Part shown: positions 1 to 8,567 of the stretch, one piece after another
Layout: each line of letters starts with the position of its first letter
Position numbering within the stretch: position 1 is the first letter of the stretch
Assembly (NCBI GenBank): GCA_944390355.1
Contig: CALXPT010000006.1
Coordinates: 5,826 to 69,825 of the forward strand
DNA: 64,000 bases
Direction: 5' to 3'
Source of the DNA: an uncultured Alphaproteobacteria bacterium
Lineage (GTDB): Bacteria > Pseudomonadota > Alphaproteobacteria > RF32 > CAG-239
Notes under the pieces: generated by a model
Seen by the model: only the letters and a program-made list of their open reading frames with translations
Told to the model about the DNA's origin: nothing
The model's database searches: none
Position numbers and translations under genes: made by a program

Positions 1-162
1 CAGAACAAAAACCAAGAAACAAAATAAAAAAGGTCTGAACCGCTGCCACAAAAAACAAATCATCATTTATTTCCTCAAAAAACATCCAAAAACAAGAACA
101 AATAAACCGACTTAACAAGATATGCACTAATGAGCTTTTAGACTTGCAATAAAAAAAATTAG

Positions 163-1602
163 TTGTATATCTCTCACAGAAAAATTAAGAAAAACTTATG
201 GAAGAAAATAATATCGGCGGGAATAAAAACAATGCAAAGCATGACCTCGGGCAACCCGACAAAGTTAATAATCCAATTCACGATACCGTTATTAATCGGC
301 AATATTTTTCAGCAGCTTTACAGCATTTCAGACACAATAATCGTTGGACGCTTGCTCGGCGTCAATTCACTGGCGGCAGTCGGCTCAACCGGTCCGTTAT
401 TTTTCTTCATCACGGCAATTACCATAGGTTTCACGGCCGGATTAACCGTTATCACAGCCCAAAGATTCGGAGCCGGCGACGAAAAGGGTGTGCGAAAATC
501 AGCGGCAGCCTCCATAATCATCTCCACCATATACACCTTAAGTGTAACCTTTATCATGTTAGGTCTAATCACCCCGATATTAAAACTGATGAACGTCCCA
601 AAAGAAATTTTCTCCGAAGCCAAAGCATTTATTTCCATGATAACGGTAGGCTTAATAATGATAGTTTTTTACAATCTTCTGGCCAACATCATCCGCGCAT
701 TAGGAGACAGCAAAACCCCGTTATATTTTTTAATATTTTCAGCCCTGTTAAATATAGTACTAAACTACACATTAATCAAACACCTTGGATTCGGAGTAGA
801 AGGTTCTGCCCTTGGAACAATCATATCTTTAAGCATATCCGTCATATGCTGTTATTTTTACATCATAAAGAAATATCCATTGCTGCACCTACACAAAAGC
901 GATTGGAAACTGGATTGGGATTTTTATAAACAACATATCATCATAGCTCTTCCGATGGGCATACAATTTTCGATTATAGCCTTAAGCAGCATAATCATGC
1001 AAAGTGTATGCAATTCCTTTGGTCCGACCACAATCGCTGCATTTACCTCTGCAATGCGTATAGAACAAGTCGCCACGCAACCGATGGTCTCTTTTGGCAT
1101 AGCCATGGCGACATACACGGCACAAAACTATGGAGCAGGCTACATCAGCCGCATAAAAAGAGGAGTCTTCAATTGTTCAATGATATCGTTAGTCATAGCC
1201 ATCATAGCAGGTATTTTAATGTATACGATAGGAGAAAATATGGTCGGAATATTCATAAAAGACCATAACGAAGAAGTCATACATTTAGCCCAAAGCTATC
1301 TCAACATATCAGTTCTTTTCTACTTCTTTTTAGGGCAAATTTTTATTTATCGCAACGCTCTCCAAGGACTTGGCAGACCGAGCATTCCATTAATATCAAG
1401 CATAGTTGAACTATTTATGCGCTCATTTGCCGCAATTATTTTAGCAGCCCAATGGGGCTATCTCGGAGTATGCATAGCCAGCCCGATAGCATGGGTCGGA
1501 GGCTCTTTGGTTGTCAGCATCGGCTATTATTACATTTTAAGAAAAATCAGCAAACATTTCCTATCATACCACGCCCAAACCGGCCTCTCGTGGCAAAGAT
1601 AA
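163..1602 (+). CDS. MATE family multidrug/sodium efflux transporter (NorM-like); 12 predicted TM segments. True start may be the internal Met at 232.
   Basis: 479-aa ORF, hydrophobic throughout, with MATE-like motifs (e.g. GRLLGVNSLAAVGSTGP, LALPMGIQFS). Family assignment is from recall, not a search. Confidence 0.8.
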   Translation: MYISHRKIKKNLWKKIISAGIKTMQSMTSGNPTKLIIQFTIPLLIGNIFQQLYSISDTIIVGRLLGVNSLAAVGSTGPLFFFITAITIGFTAGLTVITAQRFGAGDEKGVRKSAAASIIISTIYTLSVTFIMLGLITPILKLMNVPKEIFSEAKAFISMITVGLIMIVFYNLLANIIRALGDSKTPLYFLIFSALLNIVLNYTLIKHLGFGVEGSALGTIISLSISVICCYFYIIKKYPLLHLHKSDWKLDWDFYKQHIIIALPMGIQFSIIALSSIIMQSVCNSFGPTTIAAFTSAMRIEQVATQPMVSFGIAMATYTAQNYGAGYISRIKRGVFNCSMISLVIAIIAGILMYTIGENMVGIFIKDHNEEVIHLAQSYLNISVLFYFFLGQIFIYRNALQGLGRPSIPLISSIVELFMRSFAAIILAAQWGYLGVCIASPIAWVGGSLVVSIGYYYILRKISKHFLSYHAQTGLSWQR

Positions 1603-1703
1603 AAAATTAACACACAGGAAATTTTTTAGGACTATGCAAAAAAGATTTATTGTGATTAGATACAACAACATAAAGATTTTCTATACTCAAAGGAGATTAA
1701 GAT

Positions 1704-2033
1704 ATGGATATTAAATCATTTGCCAATACACATTTTATTGACATTATCAAGAACCACTATGTTGACTATCAAGGCAAGGCCGACCGCCCGACTTTTTGGT
1801 ATTTTGTTTTGTGCAACTTTATTGTACAATTCGTTATTGCTCTGATTTTCAACATTTTAGGTCTTCCGATTGTAGCAACAATCATTTCATTGGCTTTTGT
1901 ATGTCCAAGCGTTTGCTTAGCCATCCGCCGCATGAGAGATACGGGTTTATCGCCTTGGCTGGTTATTGGTATGTTTATCCCACTGGTAAATTTAGTAGTT
2001 TTAGTGCTCCTCGCTTTGCCAAGCAAAAAATAA
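1704..2033 (+). CDS. DUF805-family small inner-membrane protein
   Basis: 109 aa. Has the 'GKADRPTFWYFVL' and 'IRRMRDTGLSPW' blocks typical of the DUF805 (YhaH-like) family, and three TM helices. Confidence 0.6.
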   Translation: MDIKSFANTHFIDIIKNHYVDYQGKADRPTFWYFVLCNFIVQFVIALIFNILGLPIVATIISLAFVCPSVCLAIRRMRDTGLSPWLVIGMFIPLVNLVVLVLLALPSKK

Positions 2034-2053
2034 CACCAAAATTTTCGAAATCA

Positions 2054-2090
2054 AAACCGACTTTGAACAAAAGTCGGTTTTTTCATTTTA
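2054..2090 (+). terminator. Rho-independent terminator after the DUF805 gene
   Basis: Hairpin aaaccgacttt-gaacaa-aagtcggttt followed by a T-run (ttttttcatttt). Confidence 0.6.
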
Positions 2091-2137
2091 CAAACCAAAA
2101 TTTGGAATTTAATATAAATCAAAGAAAGGAAAAACAC

Positions 2138-3040
2138 ATGAAAAAACGACTGCAAAGCATAGCTGCATCAATCATAAAAGAATACACAACATTTCTAAAG
2201 AAATATTTTTGCATAAAGGGTCGAGCCGGCCGCCACCAATTTTGGTCCGTATTTATAGCAACATTTATATTAAGTTTTCTATTTTCATTTATCCCGCAAG
2301 GGCTGATAGCATTTGCTTTGATAACGCTAATTCCGACGCTGACACTTTATATCCGCCGTTTTCACGACTTTAATTGCGGCAGGAAAACTATTTTAGTAAG
2401 TTTTCTGCCGCTGATAATAAGTTTTATAGCAACCCCATACAGCATTTATGCATTTTTATTTGCCATATTTTATACTCAAATACTTCTTCTGGCGGGCATG
2501 AGCATCAAAGGCAGCCCCAAAGCAAACAATTATGGCTTAGCTCCTCGCTATAATGACAATAAATACCAAAAACTATATATCGCCACGGCATTGCTGAGTT
2601 TCTGTTATATTATATATCTTATCGGCAATACCATATGGACAATTGAACAAGCAAAAAAAATTCTGCAAACAAACGCAAATTACGGTTTAATAATGGATAG
2701 TCAAATTTTAACACCGATATTTAAGAACTACCCACAAGGCAATTTTCCGCAAGATATGCAGCACGCACTAAGCCAAAACGCACCGGACGCATTAAAACAC
2801 TTTATAAAAAACGGCAACATAACCATCCGCGGACAAGAACAAACATTTACGATAATTTTTAACGGCTTAAACGCCAAACTGTGCCGATTGACCCAAAACT
2901 ATCAAGGTCGCTACCGTTTGGTATCGGAAATCGCCCACTCAGAACCGTTAACCGAAGAAATATTGAACGGAAGCGACTTTAGCAACGGTTGCACTTGTGA
3001 GTCAAACACCTGCTCGGTTGCCCTCAGCTTTTCGCGCTGA
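2138..3040 (+). CDS. Second DUF805-domain membrane protein with a ~150-aa C-terminal extension; tandem paralog of 1704..2033
   Basis: In-frame ATG at 2138 preceded by aaagga (spacing 7). The N-terminus 'KGRAGRHQFWSVFIATF...IRRFHDFNCG' is DUF805-like. The ORF-track start at 1796 overlaps the upstream gene in another frame and is unlikely. Confidence 0.55.
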   Translation: MKKRLQSIAASIIKEYTTFLKKYFCIKGRAGRHQFWSVFIATFILSFLFSFIPQGLIAFALITLIPTLTLYIRRFHDFNCGRKTILVSFLPLIISFIATPYSIYAFLFAIFYTQILLLAGMSIKGSPKANNYGLAPRYNDNKYQKLYIATALLSFCYIIYLIGNTIWTIEQAKKILQTNANYGLIMDSQILTPIFKNYPQGNFPQDMQHALSQNAPDALKHFIKNGNITIRGQEQTFTIIFNGLNAKLCRLTQNYQGRYRLVSEIAHSEPLTEEILNGSDFSNGCTCESNTCSVALSFSR

Positions 3041-3731
3041 TTTGGTGGCGCAAATCACGCATTTTCTGCCGAACGACATCATTAATCTGCCGCGATTCGA
3101 TAATTTTTTGTATTGTTTTCAAACAGGTGCTATTCCGCAAAGCTTTACAAAGCAAAAACTCCTCAATTTCACAAGGAAATCGAATATAAAGCATGGATAA
3201 CAACCAAGCCTGAGCCGTTTCAACATAATAATCCTGAGATTTTATTTTTCCAACAAATGCCAAAATATCAGGCAAATAATCTTTTTGACAATAATGATTA
3301 AGCATCATCACCAAGACAAATCGCAAATCATAAGGAAGAGAAGAATGAGCATAATTTTTCATCATCCAATTCCAAAATTTAGCTTTGTCGTTAAAATTCA
3401 GAGACGCACAGCAAGAATCACAAACCGACCAATTATCCAAACAAGCAACAAACTTAGGCAAAAAACAAAGTTTTTGAGCATCAGACAAGGGAATATACCC
3501 AAGCACCATACCATACAGCATTTTTTCTTCAAAAAGAGCACCGACATCCTGCTCCAAAAACGATTCTCCTCTACCGCTTTTAACGATTTGCTTTGCCATA
3601 TCGCGAAGTTTAGGCAAACGCACCCCCAAAACACCATCCCGCACATTAACAGGCAAAAGCTTAATGGCAAAAGTGCGGTATTTTTCCTCTGCCATACGCA
3701 TCAATTCGGATTTGACATCAAAATTTTCCAT
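3024..3731 (-). CDS. DNA alkylation repair protein (AlkC/AlkD-like HEAT-repeat glycosylase family, PF08713-like)
   Basis: 235 aa. Pattern 'RTFAIKLLP...LGVRLPKLRDMAKQI...NWSVCDSCC' matches the DNA alkylation repair enzyme family as I recall it. Confidence 0.65.
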   Translation of the reverse strand: MENFDVKSELMRMAEEKYRTFAIKLLPVNVRDGVLGVRLPKLRDMAKQIVKSGRGESFLEQDVGALFEEKMLYGMVLGYIPLSDAQKLCFLPKFVACLDNWSVCDSCCASLNFNDKAKFWNWMMKNYAHSSLPYDLRFVLVMMLNHYCQKDYLPDILAFVGKIKSQDYYVETAQAWLLSMLYIRFPCEIEEFLLCKALRNSTCLKTIQKIIESRQINDVVRQKMRDLRHQISAKS

Positions 3732-3806
3732 AATTAAAAACTACAAAAGCAAATTAAAATACATATATAATAAGGATAAAAAGAAGTATAAAAAAATCAA
3801 GATAAA

Positions 3807-4313
3807 ATGACCATGAAGCGCATAATCGTCAACGACAAAATGCAATCGGGATATAGTTATGAACTCTCGGCACCGACAGGCCGAGATTTTGCGGCAGGCT
3901 TCACACCGGAACTAACCCCGCAGCAAATGTTGGAAATGGGAGTATTTGAAGGCCATTACTTAACCGATTGCACAAACGAATTTCCCCGCGCATGGTTTGA
4001 AAAAGCCCGAATAAACAACGAGCGAGCGGATATAAGTTTAAACTATTTTCACGTTAAATCGCGTCTATCCTTACAAGAGTGGCAAAACAAAGGTTGGATA
4101 ATCGGCCCCGATATCAGAGGCTGGTTTCAATGGTATTGCCGCTACTATTACGGCCGCCGCCTTGAAGATATAGACAAGATTCAAATCAAGCGTTGGCAAG
4201 CTTTCAAAAGGCATAAGGCGCAAATTTTAAAAAATTGTTATATAGGAGATATAGACTGCCGACCGCGCCAACGTCAAGCCTTATTACAATGGGCATATAA
4301 CCCGTTATTTTAG
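3807..4313 (+). CDS. Conserved hypothetical protein (aromatic/Arg-rich motif GWFQWYCRYYYGRR)
   Basis: 168-aa ORF with coding-like composition. I do not recognise a family. Confidence 0.5.
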   Translation: MTMKRIIVNDKMQSGYSYELSAPTGRDFAAGFTPELTPQQMLEMGVFEGHYLTDCTNEFPRAWFEKARINNERADISLNYFHVKSRLSLQEWQNKGWIIGPDIRGWFQWYCRYYYGRRLEDIDKIQIKRWQAFKRHKAQILKNCYIGDIDCRPRQRQALLQWAYNPLF

Positions 4314-4317
4314 AAAT

Positions 4318-4344
4318 ACAAAAAAAGCACTACCGAAGTAGTGC
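4318..4344 (-). terminator. Rho-independent terminator for the minus-strand gene 4361..4720 (bidirectional hairpin)
   Basis: Perfect hairpin gcactac-cgaa-gtagtgc. An A-run on the plus strand gives a T-run on the minus strand. Confidence 0.6.
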
Positions 4345-4360
4345 CCAATCAAGGAAAAGA

Positions 4361-4720
4361 TTATTTTCTGTCTTCCAAAGAGCGTTGATAAAGCTCATCA
4401 ATAAAAGCCAAAGCATTTTTATTGGTAGACATGCTCACCTCCGCATTTAAGCGATTAACATTAGACGGCCACAAACTGTATTTTGAGGTGTAATCTTCCA
4501 ACAGCTTTTTAGCCTCGGCGCATTTTTCCGCATGAGAATCACAGTCAAGATGCCGCCCCCCGATAGTTTTGTCATGATTCTGCAAATACATACAAACATG
4601 TCTGAGCATAGCATACTCATCATTAACGTTAATACGATAATGCTGTACAAACTCACCAATTTCCTTAAATTTGTTAGAAACAACCAAAGCGGTGATTTCT
4701 TCTTTAGATAATTCTTTCAT
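4361..4720 (-). CDS. Hypothetical small protein, paralog A (HxDC...C motif)
   Basis: 119 aa. Shares 'MLRHVCMYLQNHD..GRHLDC...C..KKLL..Y' with the 5099..5461 product 'MLHRVCSFLQNHD..GKHTDC...C..KQLI..Y'. Confidence 0.5.
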   Translation of the reverse strand: MKELSKEEITALVVSNKFKEIGEFVQHYRINVNDEYAMLRHVCMYLQNHDKTIGGRHLDCDSHAEKCAEAKKLLEDYTSKYSLWPSNVNRLNAEVSMSTNKNALAFIDELYQRSLEDRK

Positions 4721-4857
4721 AATTATAAATTTTAAGAGATTAATAAAAATAAGTTATCGAAGACATGAGTATTACGAAAAAATACAATTGTCAACAAACA
4801 AAATAAAAAATATGCTTGTAAGAGAAAAAAATATGGAGTAAAAGACAAGAAAAAGAA

Positions 4858-4934
4858 GTATCCGTAGCTCAATTGGATAGAGTGTCGGCCTCCGACGCCG
4901 AAGGTTGTGGGTTCGATCCCCGCCGGATACGCCA
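4858..4934 (+). tRNA. tRNA-Arg (anticodon CCG), 77 nt, CCA encoded
   Basis: Manual cloverleaf. Acceptor gtatccg/cggatac. D-stem 10-13/23-26. Anticodon stem tcggc/gccga with loop ctCCGac. T-arm gtggg-ttcgatc-ccccg. Confidence 0.9.
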
Positions 4935-4946
4935 ATAGAAAGATAT

Positions 4947-4984
4947 ACCTGCCGTTAGAGCGGGTATATTTTTTTAAATAAAAT
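4947..4984 (+). terminator. Rho-independent terminator after the tRNA-Arg gene
   Basis: Hairpin atatacctgc-cgttaga-gcgggtatat (one G-U pair) followed by ttttttt. Confidence 0.65.
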
Positions 4985-5098
4985 AATTTTTTTAATTTTA
5001 ATGGGGAAAAATGCTAGACAAAATAGAAAGAATGTATTATATAATTCCCCGAAGAGATTACAATTAACATATTATTAACCCTAAAAAATTTTTAAATT

Positions 5099-5461
5099 AT
5101 GGAAAAATTAACAGAAAGACAAGCAAAAGACTATGTGGCAGCCAAACCATTAGTACAAGTATTGAACTATGCCGCAACAAACAACGGCTTATCAGCCGAC
5201 TGCGAAAACATCATGCTGCACCGTGTGTGTTCATTTTTACAAAATCATGACGCATCCCTCCCCGGAAAGCACACGGATTGCTTAAGATATGCCCGCACTT
5301 GCGGACACATCAAGCAGCTGATAAGCAGTTATATTGAAGACCACGGTATTCACGTGGAAAATCTTGAATATCTACAGCAAGGCAAAGAAGGTGAGTTCAA
5401 CACCGGCGCAGTCCAATTCATCTTGGAAAAACACCAAGAGCTGACTGCCAAGAAAAAGTAA
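5099..5461 (+). CDS. Hypothetical small protein, paralog B (HxDC...C motif)
   Basis: 120 aa, paralogous to 4361..4720 (see above). Followed by a strong terminator. Confidence 0.5.
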   Translation: MEKLTERQAKDYVAAKPLVQVLNYAATNNGLSADCENIMLHRVCSFLQNHDASLPGKHTDCLRYARTCGHIKQLISSYIEDHGIHVENLEYLQQGKEGEFNTGAVQFILEKHQELTAKKK

Positions 5462-5482
5462 AAAATCTACACTGTTAATTCA

Positions 5483-5522
5483 AACGTATCGGAATACAAA
5501 CGATTCCGATACGTTTTTTTAT
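5483..5522 (+). terminator. Rho-independent terminator
   Basis: Perfect 13-bp stem aacgtatcggaat / attccgatacgtt, loop acaaacg, followed by ttttttt. Confidence 0.8.
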
Positions 5523-5561
5523 AAAAAACAAGCAAAAACCCCAAAACAAAACATTTTTCTC

Positions 5562-5590
5562 TTGACTTTATTAAATTTTACGTCTATTAA
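5562..5590 (+). promoter_or_regulatory. Sigma-70-like promoter upstream of rpmB
   Basis: TTGACT - 17 nt - TATTAA, about 47 nt upstream of the rpmB ATG. Confidence 0.45.
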
Positions 5591-5636
5591 AGGGCAACAA
5601 GTTTATGTTTAGTTGAGAATTTATAAGGAAAGTATC

Positions 5637-5912
5637 ATGTCTAAGAAATGTGAAATTTCAGGAACAGGCGTTATGAGCGGCAACAAAGTCAGCCACGCAA
5701 ACAACAGAACTCGCCGTCGTTTCTTGCCTAATTTGCAAGTAGTTTCACTTTTTAGTGAAAAATTGGGTAAAATCTTCAAGATGAAAGTATGCTCCAAAAC
5801 TTTGCGTTCAATTGAACACAACGGCGGTTTGGATGCTTACTTGACTTCTACTTCTAACACCAAGTTGTCAGAAGAAGCACAAAAAATCAAAAAAGAAATT
5901 GCAAATGCATAA
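5637..5912 (+). CDS. rpmB: 50S ribosomal protein L28
   Basis: 'MSKKCEISGTGVMSGNKVSHANNRTRRRFLPNLQ' is the L28 signature. ATG at 5637 is preceded by aagga (spacing 6). The ORF-track start at 5613 is less likely. Confidence 0.85.
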   Translation: MSKKCEISGTGVMSGNKVSHANNRTRRRFLPNLQVVSLFSEKLGKIFKMKVCSKTLRSIEHNGGLDAYLTSTSNTKLSEEAQKIKKEIANA

Positions 5913-5952
5913 AATGCATATTAGATTATAAAAATAAAACACTTCTCCTAAG

Positions 5953-5990
5953 TAAAAAAAATCCGTTCATATCCATGAGCGGATTTTTTT
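5953..5990 (+). terminator. Rho-independent terminator after rpmB
   Basis: Hairpin atccgttcat-atcc-atgagcggat followed by ttttttt. Confidence 0.65.
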
Positions 5991-6098
5991 ATCCCCGTTA
6001 TGCACAAAGGGCAGACAAATTAGTATTTGCCAATTAGAAAATAATTCGCTATAACACAGCTGTTCATATTGACCAACCCTAAATAAAGGACTCCGAAG

Positions 6099-7574
6099 AT
6101 GGAAACCAAAATAGACCCAGCCATTTTGCCGCAAAATCTTGAAGCAGAACAAGCCCTGCTCGGAGCCATATTGATAAACAACAAAGCTTTTGAAAAAGTT
6201 TCCGAATACCTAAAACCCTACCACTTTGCAGATTCGATTCATGCTAAAATATTCGAAGTCATATCAAAATTAATACAAAGAGGCCATGTCGCCGACGTCA
6301 TCACGCTCAAGAACTACTTTGAACAAGAAGGTTCGTTGAATGAAGTCGGTGGAGCAAAATACCTCTTAAAACTGGCCGACAGTGCTTCTCCGTTAACCAA
6401 CATCGAATACTACGGTCAGTTCATTTATGACAAATACCTAAGACGAGAGCTGATAGCCACCGGATATGACATTGTCAACGCCGCCATGACCGAAGACATA
6501 GATTCGGATGCCAATGAACAAATCGAGCAGGCAGAGAAAAAACTCTTTGAACTATCAAACCAAGGAGATATCAACGGCGGCTTTGTATCATTCGGAGAAG
6601 CCCTTGCCAGTTCACTATCGCTCATCGAGCAAGCCTACCAAAAAGAAGGCAAACTTTCCGGCCTTCCGACAGGCTTAGACGCTCTGGACGCCAAAACCGG
6701 CGGACTGAACAATTCCGACTTAATTATTTTAGCCGGCCGTCCTGCCATGGGAAAAACCGCCTTAGCAACAAATATTGCATTTAATGTGGCAGAATATATG
6801 TCCCGCGCCAAGGATTTGGATGAAAAATCAAGAGGCGTAGCCTTTTTCTCGCTCGAAATGTCGGCCGACCAGCTGGCCAGCCGTATATTATCAACGGTAA
6901 CCCAAACCTCAAGCCACAAAATGCGCACCGGAGAATTGGAAGAATCCGAATTTATCCGAGTTGCGGCCGGAGTCCGAGAATTAGAAAAAATTCCGTTATA
7001 TATAGACGATTCCCCCGGAGTAAACATCAACACCATCCGCACCCGCGCCCGTCGTCTAAAAAGGAACAAAGGTCTGGGCTTAATAGTCATAGACTATATC
7101 CAACTCATCAGCGGCAGCGGCACCAAAAAAACCGAGGGCAACCGCGTGCAGGAATTATCCGAAATCTCGCGAGGCCTAAAGATTTTAGCCAAAGAATTAA
7201 ATTTGCCGGTTATAGCTTTGTCGCAATTAAACCGCGGTGTTGAACAACGAGACGACAAACGCCCCGTCATGTCAGACTTAAGAGAATCAGGCTCCATCGA
7301 GCAAGATGCCGATATTGTCATGTTTGTCTTCCGCGAAAACTACTATATCAAGAACGAAGAACCCAAACAGCATGCAGGCGAAACACCGGAACATTTCCAA
7401 AACCGAATTGAAGAATGGGAAAACCGCTTGCGCAAAACCGAAAACATCGGTGAAGTCATCATCGGCAAGCAACGCCACGGCCCGACTGGTACGGTTCAAC
7501 TTTTCTGGAACGGCGAGTTTGCCCAGTTTGGCAATCTTGTAAGAGAAGAAAACCTTCCGGATCAAATAGGCTAA
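6099..7574 (+). CDS. dnaB: Replicative DNA helicase DnaB
   Basis: 491 aa. Walker A GRPAMGKT, 'FSLEMS', 'IIGKQRHGPTG', and a DnaB N-terminal domain 'LPQNLEAEQALLGAIL'. Confidence 0.95.
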   Translation: METKIDPAILPQNLEAEQALLGAILINNKAFEKVSEYLKPYHFADSIHAKIFEVISKLIQRGHVADVITLKNYFEQEGSLNEVGGAKYLLKLADSASPLTNIEYYGQFIYDKYLRRELIATGYDIVNAAMTEDIDSDANEQIEQAEKKLFELSNQGDINGGFVSFGEALASSLSLIEQAYQKEGKLSGLPTGLDALDAKTGGLNNSDLIILAGRPAMGKTALATNIAFNVAEYMSRAKDLDEKSRGVAFFSLEMSADQLASRILSTVTQTSSHKMRTGELEESEFIRVAAGVRELEKIPLYIDDSPGVNINTIRTRARRLKRNKGLGLIVIDYIQLISGSGTKKTEGNRVQELSEISRGLKILAKELNLPVIALSQLNRGVEQRDDKRPVMSDLRESGSIEQDADIVMFVFRENYYIKNEEPKQHAGETPEHFQNRIEEWENRLRKTENIGEVIIGKQRHGPTGTVQLFWNGEFAQFGNLVREENLPDQIG

Positions 7575-7669
7575 TGAAAACACTTAGCAAAGAAATATTT
7601 AATACCTTGCTTATCTTTGGTTTGATGTTTATCAAAACCTCGGCAATATTTGTTTCCTATGCAACGACA

Positions 7670-8095
7670 CTATTCAGCCGAGTCTTCAGGCGTTTTTTTG
7701 CGTTTTTCAAAAGAAAATGAGGCTTTAAGAGAAGTCTTTTCAAATTTCATTCCCGCATAATCATATTGAGACTTATCCGGAGTCGCTTTGGAATTTTGGC
7801 ACTGACGAGCCTGTTCATCATGATGACAATGTCCCCCACAACGGCATTCACCATGTCTTCCGCTTTCACAACAACAGTCATGAGCCTCATGAGAGGTACA
7901 ACAATCGCCTTGCCCGCATGAGCAACCGCAAGCGCAATTTTCCGTCTCATTAACGGCATCATCAGGCACATTCTGCCCCTTTTCCGTCAACACCGCCTTT
8001 TGCATTTTTCTAAGTTTTGCACGTTGCTGAGCCCCGCAAGAACAAGTACCTTGCACAGGGGCATGAATAATTAAATTTGCCAGCCATTTAAACAT
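7670..8095 (-). CDS. Cys/His-rich putative metal-binding protein (no recognised family)
   Basis: 141 aa with 19 Cys and 9 His, e.g. 'CACGCSCGQGDCCTSHEAHDCCCESGRHGECRCGGHCHH'. Strong RBS (AGGAGA, spacing 7) upstream of the ATG on the minus strand. Confidence 0.55.
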   Translation of the reverse strand: MFKWLANLIIHAPVQGTCSCGAQQRAKLRKMQKAVLTEKGQNVPDDAVNETENCACGCSCGQGDCCTSHEAHDCCCESGRHGECRCGGHCHHDEQARQCQNSKATPDKSQYDYAGMKFEKTSLKASFSFEKRKKTPEDSAE

Positions 8096-8176
8096 TTTTG
8101 TTTCTCCTGAAAAAATTTATGCTATATTAACCTAACAAGATTACAAAAGCCTTAAAAGCAATAAAAGGAAAACGGC

Positions 8177-8563
8177 GTGAAAAAAAAGCTAACGGACTAT
8201 AGCTCGGAAGAGTGGGAAAATATATGCAACCATTGTGGCAAATGCTGTTTGCTGAAACTCCAAGATGAAGATACGGGCAATATCTACTACACGGATATCG
8301 TCTGCAAGTATTATGATATGGAAAACGAACGTTGCAGTATCTACGAAAAACGTTGCGAAGTAGTTCCCGAATGCCTAAAATTAACACCGGACAACATCGA
8401 TAAAATTGAATGGATGCCCAAAAGCTGCGCCTATCGACGATTATTTGAAAAGGATTCGGGCTCGCCTTCTTCGACAAGCAGCATCAAAGGCCGCTGTATT
8501 TCCGAACAAAACGTAAAAGAAGACGAACTCGAAGACCACATCATAGATTGGGAAGACCTGTAA
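8177..8563 (+). CDS. YcgN/UPF0260-family Cys-cluster protein, copy 1 (divergent; GTG start)
   Basis: 'EEWENICNHCGKCCLLKLQDEDTGNIYYTDIVCKYYD...PECLKLTP...WMPKSCAYRRL' aligns with E. coli YcgN, but lacks the CxC of the central cluster. Confidence 0.7.
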   Translation: MKKKLTDYSSEEWENICNHCGKCCLLKLQDEDTGNIYYTDIVCKYYDMENERCSIYEKRCEVVPECLKLTPDNIDKIEWMPKSCAYRRLFEKDSGSPSSTSSIKGRCISEQNVKEDELEDHIIDWEDL

Positions 8564-8567
8564 AACC

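Noticed and set aside
198-929. 243-aa alternative-frame ORF within the MATE transporter gene
   Set aside because: It is out of frame with a clearly 12-TM transporter and its product has no features.
1796-2137. 5' part of the 414-aa ORF-track ORF
   Set aside because: It overlaps the upstream DUF805 gene in another frame. The DUF805-like sequence and the RBS begin at 2138.
4732-4935. 67-aa minus-strand ORF overlapping the tRNA-Arg gene
   Set aside because: It is entirely antisense to a well-folded tRNA and the adjacent terminator, its product is low-complexity and hydrophobic, and it has no RBS. Spurious.
7575-7669. Possible terminator between convergent dnaB and the Cys-rich gene
   Set aside because: A T-run (cgtttttttgcgttttt) is present, but I could not find a convincing self-complementary stem. 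Left uncalled.
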